A stretch of 64,000 bases of DNA from an uncultured delta proteobacterium (GCA_963727625.1 CAVSHR010000004.1:768001-832000); one strand, 5' to 3'; shown: positions 27,998-38,264, numbered from the stretch's first letter. Notes: generated by a model from the letters alone, not told the origin. A program made the numbers and translations.

Positions 27998-29461
27998 ATG
28001 GCAAAAATGTTGATTGGCGGCGAGTCCGTCGACTCGGTCACTAAAAACACCACCGAAGTGCGCAATCCGGCGACCGGGGCAACGGTCGACACAGTGCCGC
28101 AAGGCAGCGACAAGGACGTGCAGCAGGCGATCCAGGCCGCCGAGGACGCCTTCAAGGTTTGGTCCGACGTTTCGCCCGAAGATCGCGGCAACGCGCTCAT
28201 GAACGCCGGCGAGCTGATCAAGAAAAACTCGGGCGAGATCGCCCAACTGCTCACTCAAGAACAGGGCAAGACGCTCTTCGAAGCCGGGTTAGAAATTCAT
28301 CATCTGGTGCACGGTTTGGAATTTTACGCCGGCCTGGCCTCGAAAGTGCGCGGCTCCCACGTGCCGCTGCCGCAAAAAAACGCCTACGGCATGGTCGTGC
28401 GCCAGCCGATCGGCGTGTGCGGCGGCATCGTCCCGTGGAACTTTCCGCTGACCTTGATGGGCACAAAGCTCGGACCCGCGCTCGCCGCCGGCAACACGAT
28501 CATCATCAAGCCGGCGAGCACCACTCCCCTCGCGACGATTAAAGTTATCGAACTGATCGCTCAGGCGACCTTCGGCGAAGGCAAGGCGCAAAAGAGCTTG
28601 CCCAAGGGAACGGTGAATATCGTCACCGGCCCCGGCGGCAGCGTCGGCGAAGAGCTGCTGCGCAACCCGCGCGTCCGGCGCATCGCTTTTACCGGCTCGA
28701 CGCCGGTGGGACGCCATGTCATGGAAGTGGCAGGCCGCGAGATCAAGCGCGTGACTTTGGAATTGGGCGGCAGCGATCCGATGATCGTGATGGAAGACGC
28801 CAATCTGGATTTGGCCGTGAAAATGGCCGACGTCGGCCGCTACTTCAATTGCGGTCAGATGTGTCTCGGCGTCAAGCGATTGTTCTTGCAGGAATCCATC
28901 GCCGATAATTTTGTCGGCGGGCTGGCGGAAATTCTCAAGAAGAAGACCGTTGGTAACGGCATGAGCAAAGAAACCCGCATGGGCCCGATCCACATCGGCT
29001 CACAGCGCCAGGAGGTCGAAGAGCAGGTGGAAGATGCCAAGGCGCGCGGCGCCAAGGTGCTGTTCGGCGGCGAGCGTCCCAAGGGCGGCGACTTCGACAA
29101 GGGCTTCTTCTATCTGCCGACTCTGATGACCAACGTGCCCGACGACGCGCGCATGACCAAGGAAGAAGTCTTCGGTCCGGCTCTGCCCGTCTACACCTTC
29201 AAGACCCTCGACGAAGCTTTGGAAAAAGCCAACTCGTCGGAGTTTGGCCTTGGCTCGTCGATCTGGACGCGCAATTTGTTAAACGCCAACAAAGCCATCG
29301 ACAAGCTCCAAGCCGGCAACGTGTGGGTCAACTCCCTTCACTACGGCTACGACGAACTCCCCTTCGGCGGCGTAAAATCGAGCGGCGTCGGCCGCGAGCA
29401 TGGCCCCGAGGCCTTGGATTACTACCTCGAGCCCAAGGGCGTCGTGGTCGTCAACGTCTGA
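27998..29461 (+). CDS. NAD(P)-dependent aldehyde dehydrogenase
   Basis: PWNFP, FTGS, LELGG, NCGQMC, EEVFGP, PFGGVKSSG. Confidence 0.95.
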   Translation: MAKMLIGGESVDSVTKNTTEVRNPATGATVDTVPQGSDKDVQQAIQAAEDAFKVWSDVSPEDRGNALMNAGELIKKNSGEIAQLLTQEQGKTLFEAGLEIHHLVHGLEFYAGLASKVRGSHVPLPQKNAYGMVVRQPIGVCGGIVPWNFPLTLMGTKLGPALAAGNTIIIKPASTTPLATIKVIELIAQATFGEGKAQKSLPKGTVNIVTGPGGSVGEELLRNPRVRRIAFTGSTPVGRHVMEVAGREIKRVTLELGGSDPMIVMEDANLDLAVKMADVGRYFNCGQMCLGVKRLFLQESIADNFVGGLAEILKKKTVGNGMSKETRMGPIHIGSQRQEVEEQVEDAKARGAKVLFGGERPKGGDFDKGFFYLPTLMTNVPDDARMTKEEVFGPALPVYTFKTLDEALEKANSSEFGLGSSIWTRNLLNANKAIDKLQAGNVWVNSLHYGYDELPFGGVKSSGVGREHGPEALDYYLEPKGVVVVNV

Positions 29462-29477
29462 GAACCGATCGTAAGAA

Positions 29478-29559
29478 TTGGAGTGATGGAATACTGGAGT
29501 AGTGGAGTATTGTAAACTCCGAACCCAATATTTCATCACTCCAATACTCCACCACTCCG
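29478..29559. repeat. Inverted arrays of TGGAGTRN octamers
   Basis: tggagtga tggaatac tggagtag tggagtat ... tcactcca atactcca ccactcc. Confidence 0.8.
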
Positions 29560-29651
29560 ATCTTCCCGCTTTCTTCCCGCTTTCTTCGGTTGACAACTCG
29601 CTGTTCCTTCCACTAGTTTAGAGCCAATCTAAAATTCCAAGGAGGGCGCTC

Positions 29652-30455
29652 ATGTTTGCACAAATGCGGCATATGGCGATCGTTACCAGCAATGCGAATA
29701 CCGAAGGTGATTTTTATCGGGACGTTTTCGGCATGCGGCGCTCGACCCTGCAGCGCGCCGGCGGTGCCGTGGTCGTCGGTGACGGCTACGTCGGGCTGAA
29801 CCTCAATCCGCGCGCGCCGGGGCGGCAGGCTGGGTTCGATCACTTCGGCTTTGAGGTTCAAGACACCGAGGTCGTATTCGCCCGGCTCAAAGACAAATAT
29901 CCAAAAATCCAAGTGCTCCATCGGCCGAGCAACCGCCCCTTCGCCGGCATCAGCATGCACGACCCGGCCGGCAACGTTTTCGATCTGTCGCAGTCGAACA
30001 TGGAAAATCGCCGCGATCTTTATACGGACAAGGTTGAAGAGCGCAAGCGCCGCATTGGCCATTTCGGCCTGCGCTGCGTCGAGCCTGAGGAATGCGCCGA
30101 GTTTTATCGCAACGTTTTCGAATTGACGGAGATGGAAAAACCTTCCGGCGATCCGAACCACTATTTATCCGACGGCAAAGTCACCTTGGCGGTTATGCCG
30201 TGGAAGATATCCGACTTCTCCGGCTCCGGCATCGAGCGGCCGGCGCTGGACCATATCGGCTTTAAAGTCGAAAGTATGGCCGCCTTCAAAGCCGACTTAG
30301 AAAAGCACGCACATATGCTCGACGCGATCAAAGACGATCGTCCCGAGAAAAACCCCGAGCGCGAAATCAGGCAAAAGCTGCTCGCCTCCTGCTGCTTTGG
30401 TCAGTTACAGATGTCCGATCCCGACGGCGTTTTGATCGACGTGTCGGAGAGCTAA
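29652..30455 (+). CDS. Tandem VOC-domain protein
   Basis: RHMAI, FDHFGF, DPAGNVFDL, LDHIGF, DPDGVLIDV. Confidence 0.85.
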   Translation: MFAQMRHMAIVTSNANTEGDFYRDVFGMRRSTLQRAGGAVVVGDGYVGLNLNPRAPGRQAGFDHFGFEVQDTEVVFARLKDKYPKIQVLHRPSNRPFAGISMHDPAGNVFDLSQSNMENRRDLYTDKVEERKRRIGHFGLRCVEPEECAEFYRNVFELTEMEKPSGDPNHYLSDGKVTLAVMPWKISDFSGSGIERPALDHIGFKVESMAAFKADLEKHAHMLDAIKDDRPEKNPEREIRQKLLASCCFGQLQMSDPDGVLIDVSES

Positions 30456-30485
30456 GTCCGGCGCTTTCACGACTTCGTCACACTC

Positions 30486-30520
30486 ATAGGGGCGCGGCAT
30501 GCCGCGCCCCTATTTATTTT
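30486..30520. terminator. REP-like perfect palindrome / terminator between convergent genes
   Basis: ataggggcgcggcatgccgcgcccctat followed by ttatttt. Confidence 0.7.
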
Positions 30521-30538
30521 GAATCGCGCCAAGCGATA

Positions 30539-31525
30539 TCAGGCGGATATTTTACGCCGCTTGCTCCACCGCCCCGCTCCCAAGCCCAATGCGATGAGCC
30601 CGACAAAGAGCGCCAGCGCCGGCGCGATTGAGCGCGCCTCCGGTTCGACGCCGGTCACGTCGACCACCTGCTCGTTGCGCAACGGCGCCTCGCCGGGGAT
30701 TTGGACAAGCGTCCTAACCCGATAGCGTGCTCCGTCGGTGAAGTGAAATCTCACCGTAAATTCCCGGGCCACGGGAACCCGATCGATCGCGAAGGCGAGC
30801 TTTTCCTTCTCTAGATGCTCGATGGTCAGCGTCAGCAGCGCGGTCAAAGGAACCGATGAGGGCTCATTACCTCGCGACCAGCGCACCAGGGTGAGCTTTC
30901 CCACGGTGGCCGGCTCGACCTGCAAAATCGCCTTGCCCTCGACTTTACCTTCCTGCGCGCGGGTGTTCGGTGCGCTGGCTGATAAGAGCGCCAGCACACC
31001 GAGGGCCACGATCGCCGTTTTTGATCCGGTAAATATTCTCCCGGCGAGGAAGCCGAGCAGAAACAGCCCGAAAGAAAAGCCGCCCAGGATCAGCCACTTT
31101 TTTTTATGCTCCCGAATCGTAAAATTGAAGGTCTTACTCGCCTTGCGGCCGTCGCTCATGCTTACGTCGACAGAGAGCCGGTACTCGCCGCGAATCGGCA
31201 AGAGTAATTTCCAATTCGCCTTGCCCTGGCGAAGCGGCAAGCGCATCTCGCTCAAGCGCGTGCCCTCGACCCGAGGAAAGTCGGTCGAGAAAATAGACTC
31301 CGGCTTAGGCGCGTCAAGGCGAATTTCGACGCTACCCTGCCCGACCGGCCTGCCGTCCGCGCCGGTGACCAGCAACGCCAGATCGGCCGGATCATGGAAG
31401 GGTCGCAGCAACTCGACCCCCGGCGTGGTCTTGAAATAAACGTTCAGATCACCGGCGCCGAGCGCGGCGCTGAAAGACGCGAGGAGAAAAAAAGAGACAA
31501 ACGAAGGGAGCAGTTTTAGTGACAA
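30539..31525 (-). CDS. Hypothetical membrane protein downstream of cbtB-like gene
   Basis: Probable TTG start overlapping the cbtB stop; signal peptide, beta-rich domain (STDFPRVEGT), central and C-terminal TMs. Confidence 0.65.
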   Translation of the reverse strand: MSLKLLPSFVSFFLLASFSAALGAGDLNVYFKTTPGVELLRPFHDPADLALLVTGADGRPVGQGSVEIRLDAPKPESIFSTDFPRVEGTRLSEMRLPLRQGKANWKLLLPIRGEYRLSVDVSMSDGRKASKTFNFTIREHKKKWLILGGFSFGLFLLGFLAGRIFTGSKTAIVALGVLALLSASAPNTRAQEGKVEGKAILQVEPATVGKLTLVRWSRGNEPSSVPLTALLTLTIEHLEKEKLAFAIDRVPVAREFTVRFHFTDGARYRVRTLVQIPGEAPLRNEQVVDVTGVEPEARSIAPALALFVGLIALGLGAGRWSKRRKISA

Positions 31526-31704
31526 GGAACCACGGCAAGGGCGTGACGCACATGATGCAAGGTGTCGTGAACTGCGGGATAACTTGCGGCTAACGCGACA
31601 AACAAAGTGGCGCCGCAGATGGACAGGAAAATTGCCGACTTGATGAGAAACGAGGCTTGCTCCGAGATCGCTATTCCCAACCATGCGCTGACCATTCGTT
31701 CCAT
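31516..31704 (-). CDS. CbtB-like small metal-binding membrane protein
   Basis: One TM followed by VHDTLHHVRHALAVVPCH (CbtB-type H..RH....PCH). Confidence 0.8.
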   Translation of the reverse strand: MERMVSAWLGIAISEQASFLIKSAIFLSICGATLFVALAASYPAVHDTLHHVRHALAVVPCH

Positions 31705-31843
31705 AGGATTGTCCCCCGCTAAGTTGACGCCATATTCCTACCGATCGCCTGCCACTGTCAAGAGAATTTGGTCTAATGGCTGTTGCCTTTCCGGGTTTGC
31801 TTTCGTATTGCTGGAAACAACTTCGAAACTGCGGGAGGTCACC

Positions 31844-32038
31844 ATGCCGGTCGTCCAGATATATATGTATGCGGGAAGAACCAAGGAACAGAAAAACCAG
31901 ATGGTCCATCGCATTTCCAAAGACTTCGAAGAAGTCTTTGGCGTCAAATCCGAGTCTCTCAACATACTGTTTCACGACATGGACAAGAGCGATTGGGGCA
32001 TTCGCGGCGCGCTGGCCTCGGAACCGCCGCCAAAGTAG
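31844..32038 (+). CDS. 4-oxalocrotonate tautomerase family protein
   Basis: RBS ggagg; Pro1 in (M)PVVQI, GRTKEQK, WGIRG. Confidence 0.9.
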   Translation: MPVVQIYMYAGRTKEQKNQMVHRISKDFEEVFGVKSESLNILFHDMDKSDWGIRGALASEPPPK

Positions 32039-32072
32039 TGTCTTTATCTCGCGAATCAAGCAGGGAGATCGC

Positions 32073-32795
32073 ATGTCTACCAAGATCGGCTTCATCGGGT
32101 CCAGCGCGCCCTCAAGCCCGCACCACGATAGTTTTCGCCTGCTTATTCCCAAAGATCTCGAATTTACTTTCGTCCAGGAAGCCGGCGCCAAGAGATCACT
32201 CTACGAAGCTCGCGGCAAGGTCGATAACCTGATCGGACAAGTGCGGCAATTGATTGCGGAGCAACATTGGCACGGCGTCATTATCAGCGGCGCGCCCAAA
32301 GAAGCGCTCAATCCCGGCATGTGGGAGCGAGTGTCCGCCGAACTAAGCGTGCCGGTATCGTTGGCGCTCAGGTCATCGGTCGCGGCGTTGACGGCGTTCG
32401 GCGCGAAGCGCATCCTGTTGATGACGCCGGTGGACGATCAACTCAAGAAACTGTACCGCGACTACATCGCCGAGTTTGGCATCGAGTCGTTCTTCCCCCC
32501 GCAAACCCTGCGCGCCCACACCGACGCCCTGAAGCTCACTCCGGCCGATGTCGAGTCGATGACCCGAAGCGCGCTGGCGAAATATCCGAAGGTCGACGCG
32601 ATCTATTTTCAGGGCGCGTTGCTCGATCCAATTCCGGTGCTGGAAAAATTGGAAGAGGAGCTTAACCTGCCGATCGTCGCCAGCAACCCCGCCATGCTCT
32701 GGCTGATTCTCTCGAAGCTCGGCTCGATCTACAAAATCGCCGGCTACGGCAGCCTGTTGTCCGGCTGGCCGGCACTGCCGGCTGGACCTTTTTAG
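32073..32795 (+). CDS. Maleate isomerase/arylmalonate decarboxylase-like protein lacking cysteines
   Basis: AALTAFGAKRILLMTP, DAIYFQG, LEEELNLPIVASN..W..L, GYGSLL. Confidence 0.8.
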   Translation: MSTKIGFIGSSAPSSPHHDSFRLLIPKDLEFTFVQEAGAKRSLYEARGKVDNLIGQVRQLIAEQHWHGVIISGAPKEALNPGMWERVSAELSVPVSLALRSSVAALTAFGAKRILLMTPVDDQLKKLYRDYIAEFGIESFFPPQTLRAHTDALKLTPADVESMTRSALAKYPKVDAIYFQGALLDPIPVLEKLEEELNLPIVASNPAMLWLILSKLGSIYKIAGYGSLLSGWPALPAGPF

Positions 32796-32810
32796 TTTCC
32801 GAAACAACTC

Positions 32811-33755
32811 ATGCGCACCATCAGGCTCGCCTACCGCGACAACGACCGCACGCCGGTGATCTATTGCGTCAAAGCGATGGCCGAGCAGCACTACGATATG
32901 ACTGTCGATGTCGTTCAGATCGAGGACCGGGAACAATTCGAAGCCGCGCTTTTCACCGGCGCGTGCGATGCGATCATCGAGCACATCGAGTACCTCCACA
33001 CCGACGCCGCCAAGGGGAAAAGAATTACTTTTTTCTGCGCGCCGCAGATCCGCCGCGGTCTGAAGCTGGTCGTGCCGCATAAGCTCACCGCACTCGATGA
33101 ATTGCGCGGCAAGACCATGGCGGTGCGCGACCTGGGACGGCCGCATACGATCACGCTGTGGCTGAGAAAAATGGGGTTGGAAAAAGACGTTGAAACCGTC
33201 ATCGTCAAGGACAAGGAGATCGGCCGCTGGAAGCAGTGGAAGAAAGTCGCCAGCGGCGATTGCGCCGCCTGCTTCATGGCGCCGATTTACTTGCCCGACG
33301 CGCTGGCGGCGGGCCTGAAAATCTTTCCGGTATCCGAAGTCGAGATCGTCAGCAACTTCGCCCAGGCCTGTCTATCGAGCTTCGCCTATCAAAACGCCGG
33401 GCTCATGCGGGATTACCTGAAGGCGGTGGTCCACGCCATCGCGCTGCTGATCTTCGCCCGAGACGAGGCGATGGCTATCATCGCCAAAGAGCCCATGCGC
33501 CTGATGAAGGTAGCGAAGCTCGGCGAGCTCGCCCGCCAGGTCGACTCCATCGCCGAAATGCTCCAGGTTAAACCCTACCCGACCGTCGAGGCGATCATGA
33601 ACACCAACGAGATCGCCGCCCACGAATACGGCGCAGGCGTGGAAAATCCGCTGACTCTGTGGGATCTCCACTGGCTCAAAGAACTCGACGATGGAGGCTT
33701 CATCGACGGACTCATCGCCGGCTTATCATCAAATGTGAATGACGTGGATGATTGA
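32811..33755 (+). CDS. Type-2 periplasmic-binding-fold protein without signal peptide
   Basis: LRGKTMAV, KPYPT and WDLHWLKELDDGGFID resemble the SBP paralogues in this window. Confidence 0.75.
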   Translation: MRTIRLAYRDNDRTPVIYCVKAMAEQHYDMTVDVVQIEDREQFEAALFTGACDAIIEHIEYLHTDAAKGKRITFFCAPQIRRGLKLVVPHKLTALDELRGKTMAVRDLGRPHTITLWLRKMGLEKDVETVIVKDKEIGRWKQWKKVASGDCAACFMAPIYLPDALAAGLKIFPVSEVEIVSNFAQACLSSFAYQNAGLMRDYLKAVVHAIALLIFARDEAMAIIAKEPMRLMKVAKLGELARQVDSIAEMLQVKPYPTVEAIMNTNEIAAHEYGAGVENPLTLWDLHWLKELDDGGFIDGLIAGLSSNVNDVDD

Positions 33756-33903
33756 CCACGGAGGCGTTGAGTGCGTCGAGTAGAGGATTTTATTGAGAAA
33801 TCTTCCGGCCTCTGCGAACTCGGCGCCTCTGCGGTGAAATCACGCATGCTCTTTTGCTTGCGACTCCGCGCGCTTTGCGGCTTCGTGTGAAAATCTTATT
33901 CCG

Positions 33904-34395
33904 ATGAAACAAATCTTGATTGTCTTTCATTCTAAAACCGGCGGCACCTATCAGATGGCCGAGGCGGCGGCAAAAGGTGTCGCGAGCGAACCGGGCACGG
34001 ACCTGAAGCTCGTCCACGCCGCCGAAGCGGGCCCGCAGGAGCTGTTCGATTCGGACGGCTACATTTTCGCAACGCCGGAAAATCTCGCCATGATGTCCGG
34101 GATAATGAAAGATTTTTTCGATCGCACGTACTACCCCGTGTTGGATCGGCTCGTCGGCCGTCCCTACGCCACGCTCATCTGCGCCGGCAGCGACGGCGAA
34201 AACGCCGCCCGGCAAATCCGGAGAATCGCCGCCGGCTGGCGCCTCAAAGCGATCGCCGAGCCGATCATCGTCTGCACCCACGCCCAGACGCCGGAAGCGA
34301 TCCTCGCACCGAAGCAAATCGGCGCATACGATTTGCAGCGCTGCGAAGAGATCGGCTTGACTCTGGCCGCGGGGCTAGCTTTGGGGATCTACTAG
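33904..34395 (+). CDS. Flavodoxin-family (WrbA-like) protein
   Basis: VFHSKTGGT..MA, TPENLAMMSG.MKDFFDR, AGSDG. Confidence 0.9.
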   Translation: MKQILIVFHSKTGGTYQMAEAAAKGVASEPGTDLKLVHAAEAGPQELFDSDGYIFATPENLAMMSGIMKDFFDRTYYPVLDRLVGRPYATLICAGSDGENAARQIRRIAAGWRLKAIAEPIIVCTHAQTPEAILAPKQIGAYDLQRCEEIGLTLAAGLALGIY

Positions 34396-34608
34396 CAGTG
34401 CAGCAGGGGGCGCGCGGGATATTAATACGAACGCAATCCACACAGGGGTCGAGGCCGGCACAAGCGCATCCGAAAGTCGGGTTATCTCGCTCCAAAGGCG
34501 CAAAGGTCGCCAAGCAAACCGAATTGTCATTGCGACCAAAGCTAACACACACTCTCTCTCTCAGATCCCTCGCATTTGCTTGGGATGGCGGGCGTTGATC
34601 CGGCCGCC

Positions 34609-35226
34609 TTACTTTGCCTGGGAGTCGCTCGCGCGCGACAGAGTGGACGTGAGAATTTTCAGATTCTCGCTTCTCTCGATATAGCGCACGAACCGGTATT
34701 TATTTTCCTGCGAGTCCAAAGCCGCTGCGGGCACGTCGCCCGCTCCCGCCTCCACCTTCGCCAGCATGAAGTAAAGATCGTTGCCCTTGATAGCGCGCGA
34801 AAATTCCGCTTCGAACTCGGCTACCGTGTTCGCCTTAAGCACGTTGGCAATCCCGCAGCCGCGCGCGACCGCGGCCAGGTCGGCTTGCCCCGCCGTCGCC
34901 GTCGGCGCGCCGCGCGAGGACTCGTAGCACTCGTTGTCGAAAACGATATGAATCAAGTTTTTCGGATGTTGGTTCGCGATCGTAGCCAGGCTGCCGAGAT
35001 TGAGCAGCAAAGAGCCGTCGCCGTCGAAGGCCACGACCTTGCGGTGCGGCAGCGCCAAGGCCAAGCCAAGCGCCACCGACGAGGTCAGTCCGAGGTTCTG
35101 CAGATGGTAATTGCCCGGATGCGGCCTCAGCGCCTGCCATTCATGGCGCACCGCGCCGATGTTGGTGACCACCAGTTCCTCGCCGAAGTGCGGCGCGATC
35201 GCGCGCAGACAATCGTATCGTTTCAT
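34609..35226 (-). CDS. TPP-dependent decarboxylase beta subunit (ComE-like)
   Basis: TPP motif DGDGSLLLNLG...FDN. Confidence 0.85.
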   Translation of the reverse strand: MKRYDCLRAIAPHFGEELVVTNIGAVRHEWQALRPHPGNYHLQNLGLTSSVALGLALALPHRKVVAFDGDGSLLLNLGSLATIANQHPKNLIHIVFDNECYESSRGAPTATAGQADLAAVARGCGIANVLKANTVAEFEAEFSRAIKGNDLYFMLAKVEAGAGDVPAAALDSQENKYRFVRYIERSENLKILTSTLSRASDSQAK

Positions 35227-35229
35227 AGA

Positions 35230-35730
35230 CTACCTCAGGGCTTGTTTGTTGAGCACGATGGCCGTCGGCCGTCGCGACGAGCGCGCGAGCATATGGCTAT
35301 CGCGAATAGTCGAACGAATCTCCTCGAAGCGGCCGACTTTTTCGTAGACGATATGCATCGCTTGCAGCACCGGCTCGGTCAGAGCGCCGACGGTGGCATG
35401 CCCGGCATTTTCCTCGCCGACGCCGCCGCTATGGCCGATCAGCATCAAGACGGGGATGCCCGGATGGATGCAGACGGTCGCCAGGGCATTGGCCGACAAC
35501 AGAAAACCCGCGTTCATCATCACCATCGCCGGCCTCTTGCCACCGAGGTACGCGCCCGCGCAGACGCCGATCCCCTCTTCTTCACGGGTGACCGGCACAT
35601 GGTGAAGGTCCTTATCTTCGCCCAGCGCCATAACCAGGTCGTGGAGATTCGCTTCGGTTAGCGTCGCAACGAAATCGACGCCGGCTTCTTTTAACGAATC
35701 GACAATTTCCGCAGCCACTTCTCTTTTCAT
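35230..35730 (-). CDS. TPP-dependent decarboxylase alpha subunit (ComD-like)
   Basis: VTREEEGIGVCAGAYLGG..MNAG. Confidence 0.85.
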   Translation of the reverse strand: MKREVAAEIVDSLKEAGVDFVATLTEANLHDLVMALGEDKDLHHVPVTREEEGIGVCAGAYLGGKRPAMVMMNAGFLLSANALATVCIHPGIPVLMLIGHSGGVGEENAGHATVGALTEPVLQAMHIVYEKVGRFEEIRSTIRDSHMLARSSRRPTAIVLNKQALR

Positions 35731-36087
35731 TTTTCCTCCTAGGGCAGATCCGAACCTGTTATCGCGAAGAGCCGGCGGACAGTCAAGAGAATTTCGCCCG
35801 GTAAAAGAATCGGGCGCGGGGTTTTCTCTCAGGTTTTCAGCAATACGACCACCGCCGGCTAGACAATAGTAAAGGACGCGGCCGACAAACTGCTTGACAC
35901 AAATTCTTGGCTCTGCTAGCCGTCGCGAAAAGAAAGTGGTGCTAGCTAATCGCTGCTTGGGCTAATTTACTCGAACTTGGTGACCATTCCCCGCCTCTTT
36001 CCTCCCCGCCAACGCAGGGGAGGATGAAGGAGGGGCGTGAACGATTTGAACGCTTGAACCGCTAAAGAACTGGAAGGAGTATCTCCG

Positions 36088-37173
36088 ATGAATAACCGCG
36101 AACCTAAAGGCGCAGTTCACTGGATCGATCACTTTGTCGTCGGCACCAATGACATGGTCGCGTGGGTGGATTGGGCGGTAAACGCCACCGGCATCACTCG
36201 ACAGCCGATTATCGGACTCACCACCGCGGCACGGAAAAGGAATATCAAAATCACCAGCTTCCTGTGGTGGGACGGCGGCTCGTGCCGCATCGGCGCGTTC
36301 CTTCAGCCGGAAATCTATCCGCCGGCAAAAGAGCTGGGAAAAGATCTGCCGCGCTGCGGATTCTATATCCGGCCCGAGGACATCGACAAACATTTGCGCC
36401 GCCTCGACCGACACAAGATTCCGCACGCCGATCCCGTCAAGACCGCCGCCGACGGCGACGAAGGCACGGTAATCCATTTGGCCGATCCGGACGGCAACCA
36501 GTATGAGTTTTGGGCACCCTTGCAGATGCCCGAGGGCGCCATGGAGATTGCCACCGAAGAAAAAGTCGGCCGCATCAGCCACGTCGTCCTCGGCGCCCGC
36601 GATCTGGCGCGCAACGCCGCGTTCTTCGAGCATTACTGCGGCATGCAAACAGAGCAGAATGCGAAAATTGCTGAAGGAACCCTGGTTTTGCGTCTGCGCG
36701 CGGGCGGGCGCCTGGTCTACAAGCTGATCGACCAGGTCGACGAGCGTGTCTCCGGACATGGGACCTGGTGGGATATGCACACCGCGCTGACCGTTCGTCA
36801 AGAAGAGTTCCTGCCCAGCTACCGGCGCATGTGGGACGGGATTCCCGAAGAAAAGGGCTATAAGGCAGACCTCAATCTTTCCATCAAAGAGCAAGAGGCG
36901 CTTCCGGCGCGAACGGGTTTGCACCGCAGTCCCGTCGGTATCCGCTGGAAAGAGATCTGCAGCCGCGGCGATGAGTTTTACGATTGGGATTGCCACTCCT
37001 TTCACTTCATCGGCGGCAAACCGCTCAAGAACGACGGTTCGCTCGCCTTATACGAAGCGATAGAACAGGAAGAATACTTGCGCGATCTCGCGGAGTCGCT
37101 GAATAAAGGAGACGACCCCGGCTTGATGAAAGGGCTCGGCAACGAAAACCCTTTCAACCCACGCGATGAATAA
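36088..37173 (+). CDS. Tandem VOC-domain protein
   Basis: WIDHFVV, DPDGNQYEF, GRISHVVL, FYDWDCHSFH. Confidence 0.8.
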   Translation: MNNREPKGAVHWIDHFVVGTNDMVAWVDWAVNATGITRQPIIGLTTAARKRNIKITSFLWWDGGSCRIGAFLQPEIYPPAKELGKDLPRCGFYIRPEDIDKHLRRLDRHKIPHADPVKTAADGDEGTVIHLADPDGNQYEFWAPLQMPEGAMEIATEEKVGRISHVVLGARDLARNAAFFEHYCGMQTEQNAKIAEGTLVLRLRAGGRLVYKLIDQVDERVSGHGTWWDMHTALTVRQEEFLPSYRRMWDGIPEEKGYKADLNLSIKEQEALPARTGLHRSPVGIRWKEICSRGDEFYDWDCHSFHFIGGKPLKNDGSLALYEAIEQEEYLRDLAESLNKGDDPGLMKGLGNENPFNPRDE

Positions 37174-37508
37174 CGTTTTGCCGAAGTCGCTCGCGTCATT
37201 CGCGTGAGCGCGTTGAAATCGGCTAAGCGCTCGATCCGCCATTTGAGCGGACCAAGTTTAGGAAGTCTTTTGACGTTCTGCTCCCGTAGGTGCGAAAGTG
37301 CGGCTCGGCCCGTTCGCGGCATGCGAAACGCTCCACCGCGATCGGAACCCTCCTGTTGATCAAGGCCTATAACGCCGGCGCCTCCTTAGGCCCGATCGCG
37401 CGGCGCATGGTGAGAGGAATCAGAACACTCGATGCGGCTTTTGGGCTGAACCCGCCGCGGTGGAAACAGCCCTTTAGTAAAACTAGCAGTAAAGCTGAGC
37501 GGCTGGCC

Positions 37509-38168
37509 CTAGACCGATCTGTGTTGGAGTACGACCGGCGCAGCCAGGTCTTTTCCGACGATACCGCCGGACATGATAAATTTGAACGCTTCCTCGACCG
37601 TGAAGTCCACCTCGATAACGTCTTCGGGAGAAACGATGACCAGATACCCCGATGTCGGATTGGGAGTGGTCGGAACAAAAACGGTAAGAACCTTGCTGCC
37701 TGAACCCAGATTGAGAGTATCCGCGCGCTCGGAAGCCACGAAGCCGATGCTCCAGACCCCTTGGCGGGGGTACTGGATCAAAACGACCTGCTGAAAGCTT
37801 CGCCCCGGTCCTTGGAACGTCTCTACCACCTGTTTCGCGCTGCTATAGATGGTCTTGACCAAAGGCACTCTCAACAGAAGTGACTCGAATCGTGTCAGGA
37901 TCTGCCGACCGAGAATATTGGTTCCCACCAACCCGAGAACAAAGATCACCGAGAGCGAGAGTAACAGGTTGACAAACGGTACCAGGGGATCGGCTAATTT
38001 ATCGGCCCCCACGATGCGGAGGAATCCCGCGACCAGCGGAGCGCCGACTCCGGTAAAGATATTGAACAGAAAAGAAATCAGGATGTAGGTGATAAACAAA
38101 GGTAAAAGTATGAGCAAACCGGCGAGAAATGTGCGCCGAATAAAGTGGGGTGTCTTATCCGCAGGCAT
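37509..38168 (-). CDS. DUF502 membrane protein
   Basis: FLAGLL..P, PLVKTIY..KQ, VFVPTTPNPTSG. Confidence 0.9.
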   Translation of the reverse strand: MPADKTPHFIRRTFLAGLLILLPLFITYILISFLFNIFTGVGAPLVAGFLRIVGADKLADPLVPFVNLLLSLSVIFVLGLVGTNILGRQILTRFESLLLRVPLVKTIYSSAKQVVETFQGPGRSFQQVVLIQYPRQGVWSIGFVASERADTLNLGSGSKVLTVFVPTTPNPTSGYLVIVSPEDVIEVDFTVEEAFKFIMSGGIVGKDLAAPVVLQHRSV

Positions 38169-38264
38169 GACTTTACGCTCCTAGAGAAAGTGTGTTTCGA
38201 AATTCGGTCCGCGACTGGCATTAAGTCTAACCTGAATTTTGAAAAATTTCTCTTCTAGCCGACT

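Noticed and set aside
27918-29559. Short repeats as a CRISPR array
   Set aside because: Units are 8-9 nt, degenerate and inverted, with no unique spacers and no cas genes
31736-31765. Cobalamin riboswitch upstream of cbtB (gccactg)
   Set aside because: The motif is on the wrong strand and is explained by a minus-strand TTGACA promoter; there is too little space
30539-32191. 550-aa ORF from the track
   Set aside because: Its 5' extension overlaps the cbtB-like, tautomerase and isomerase genes; the real start is probably 31525
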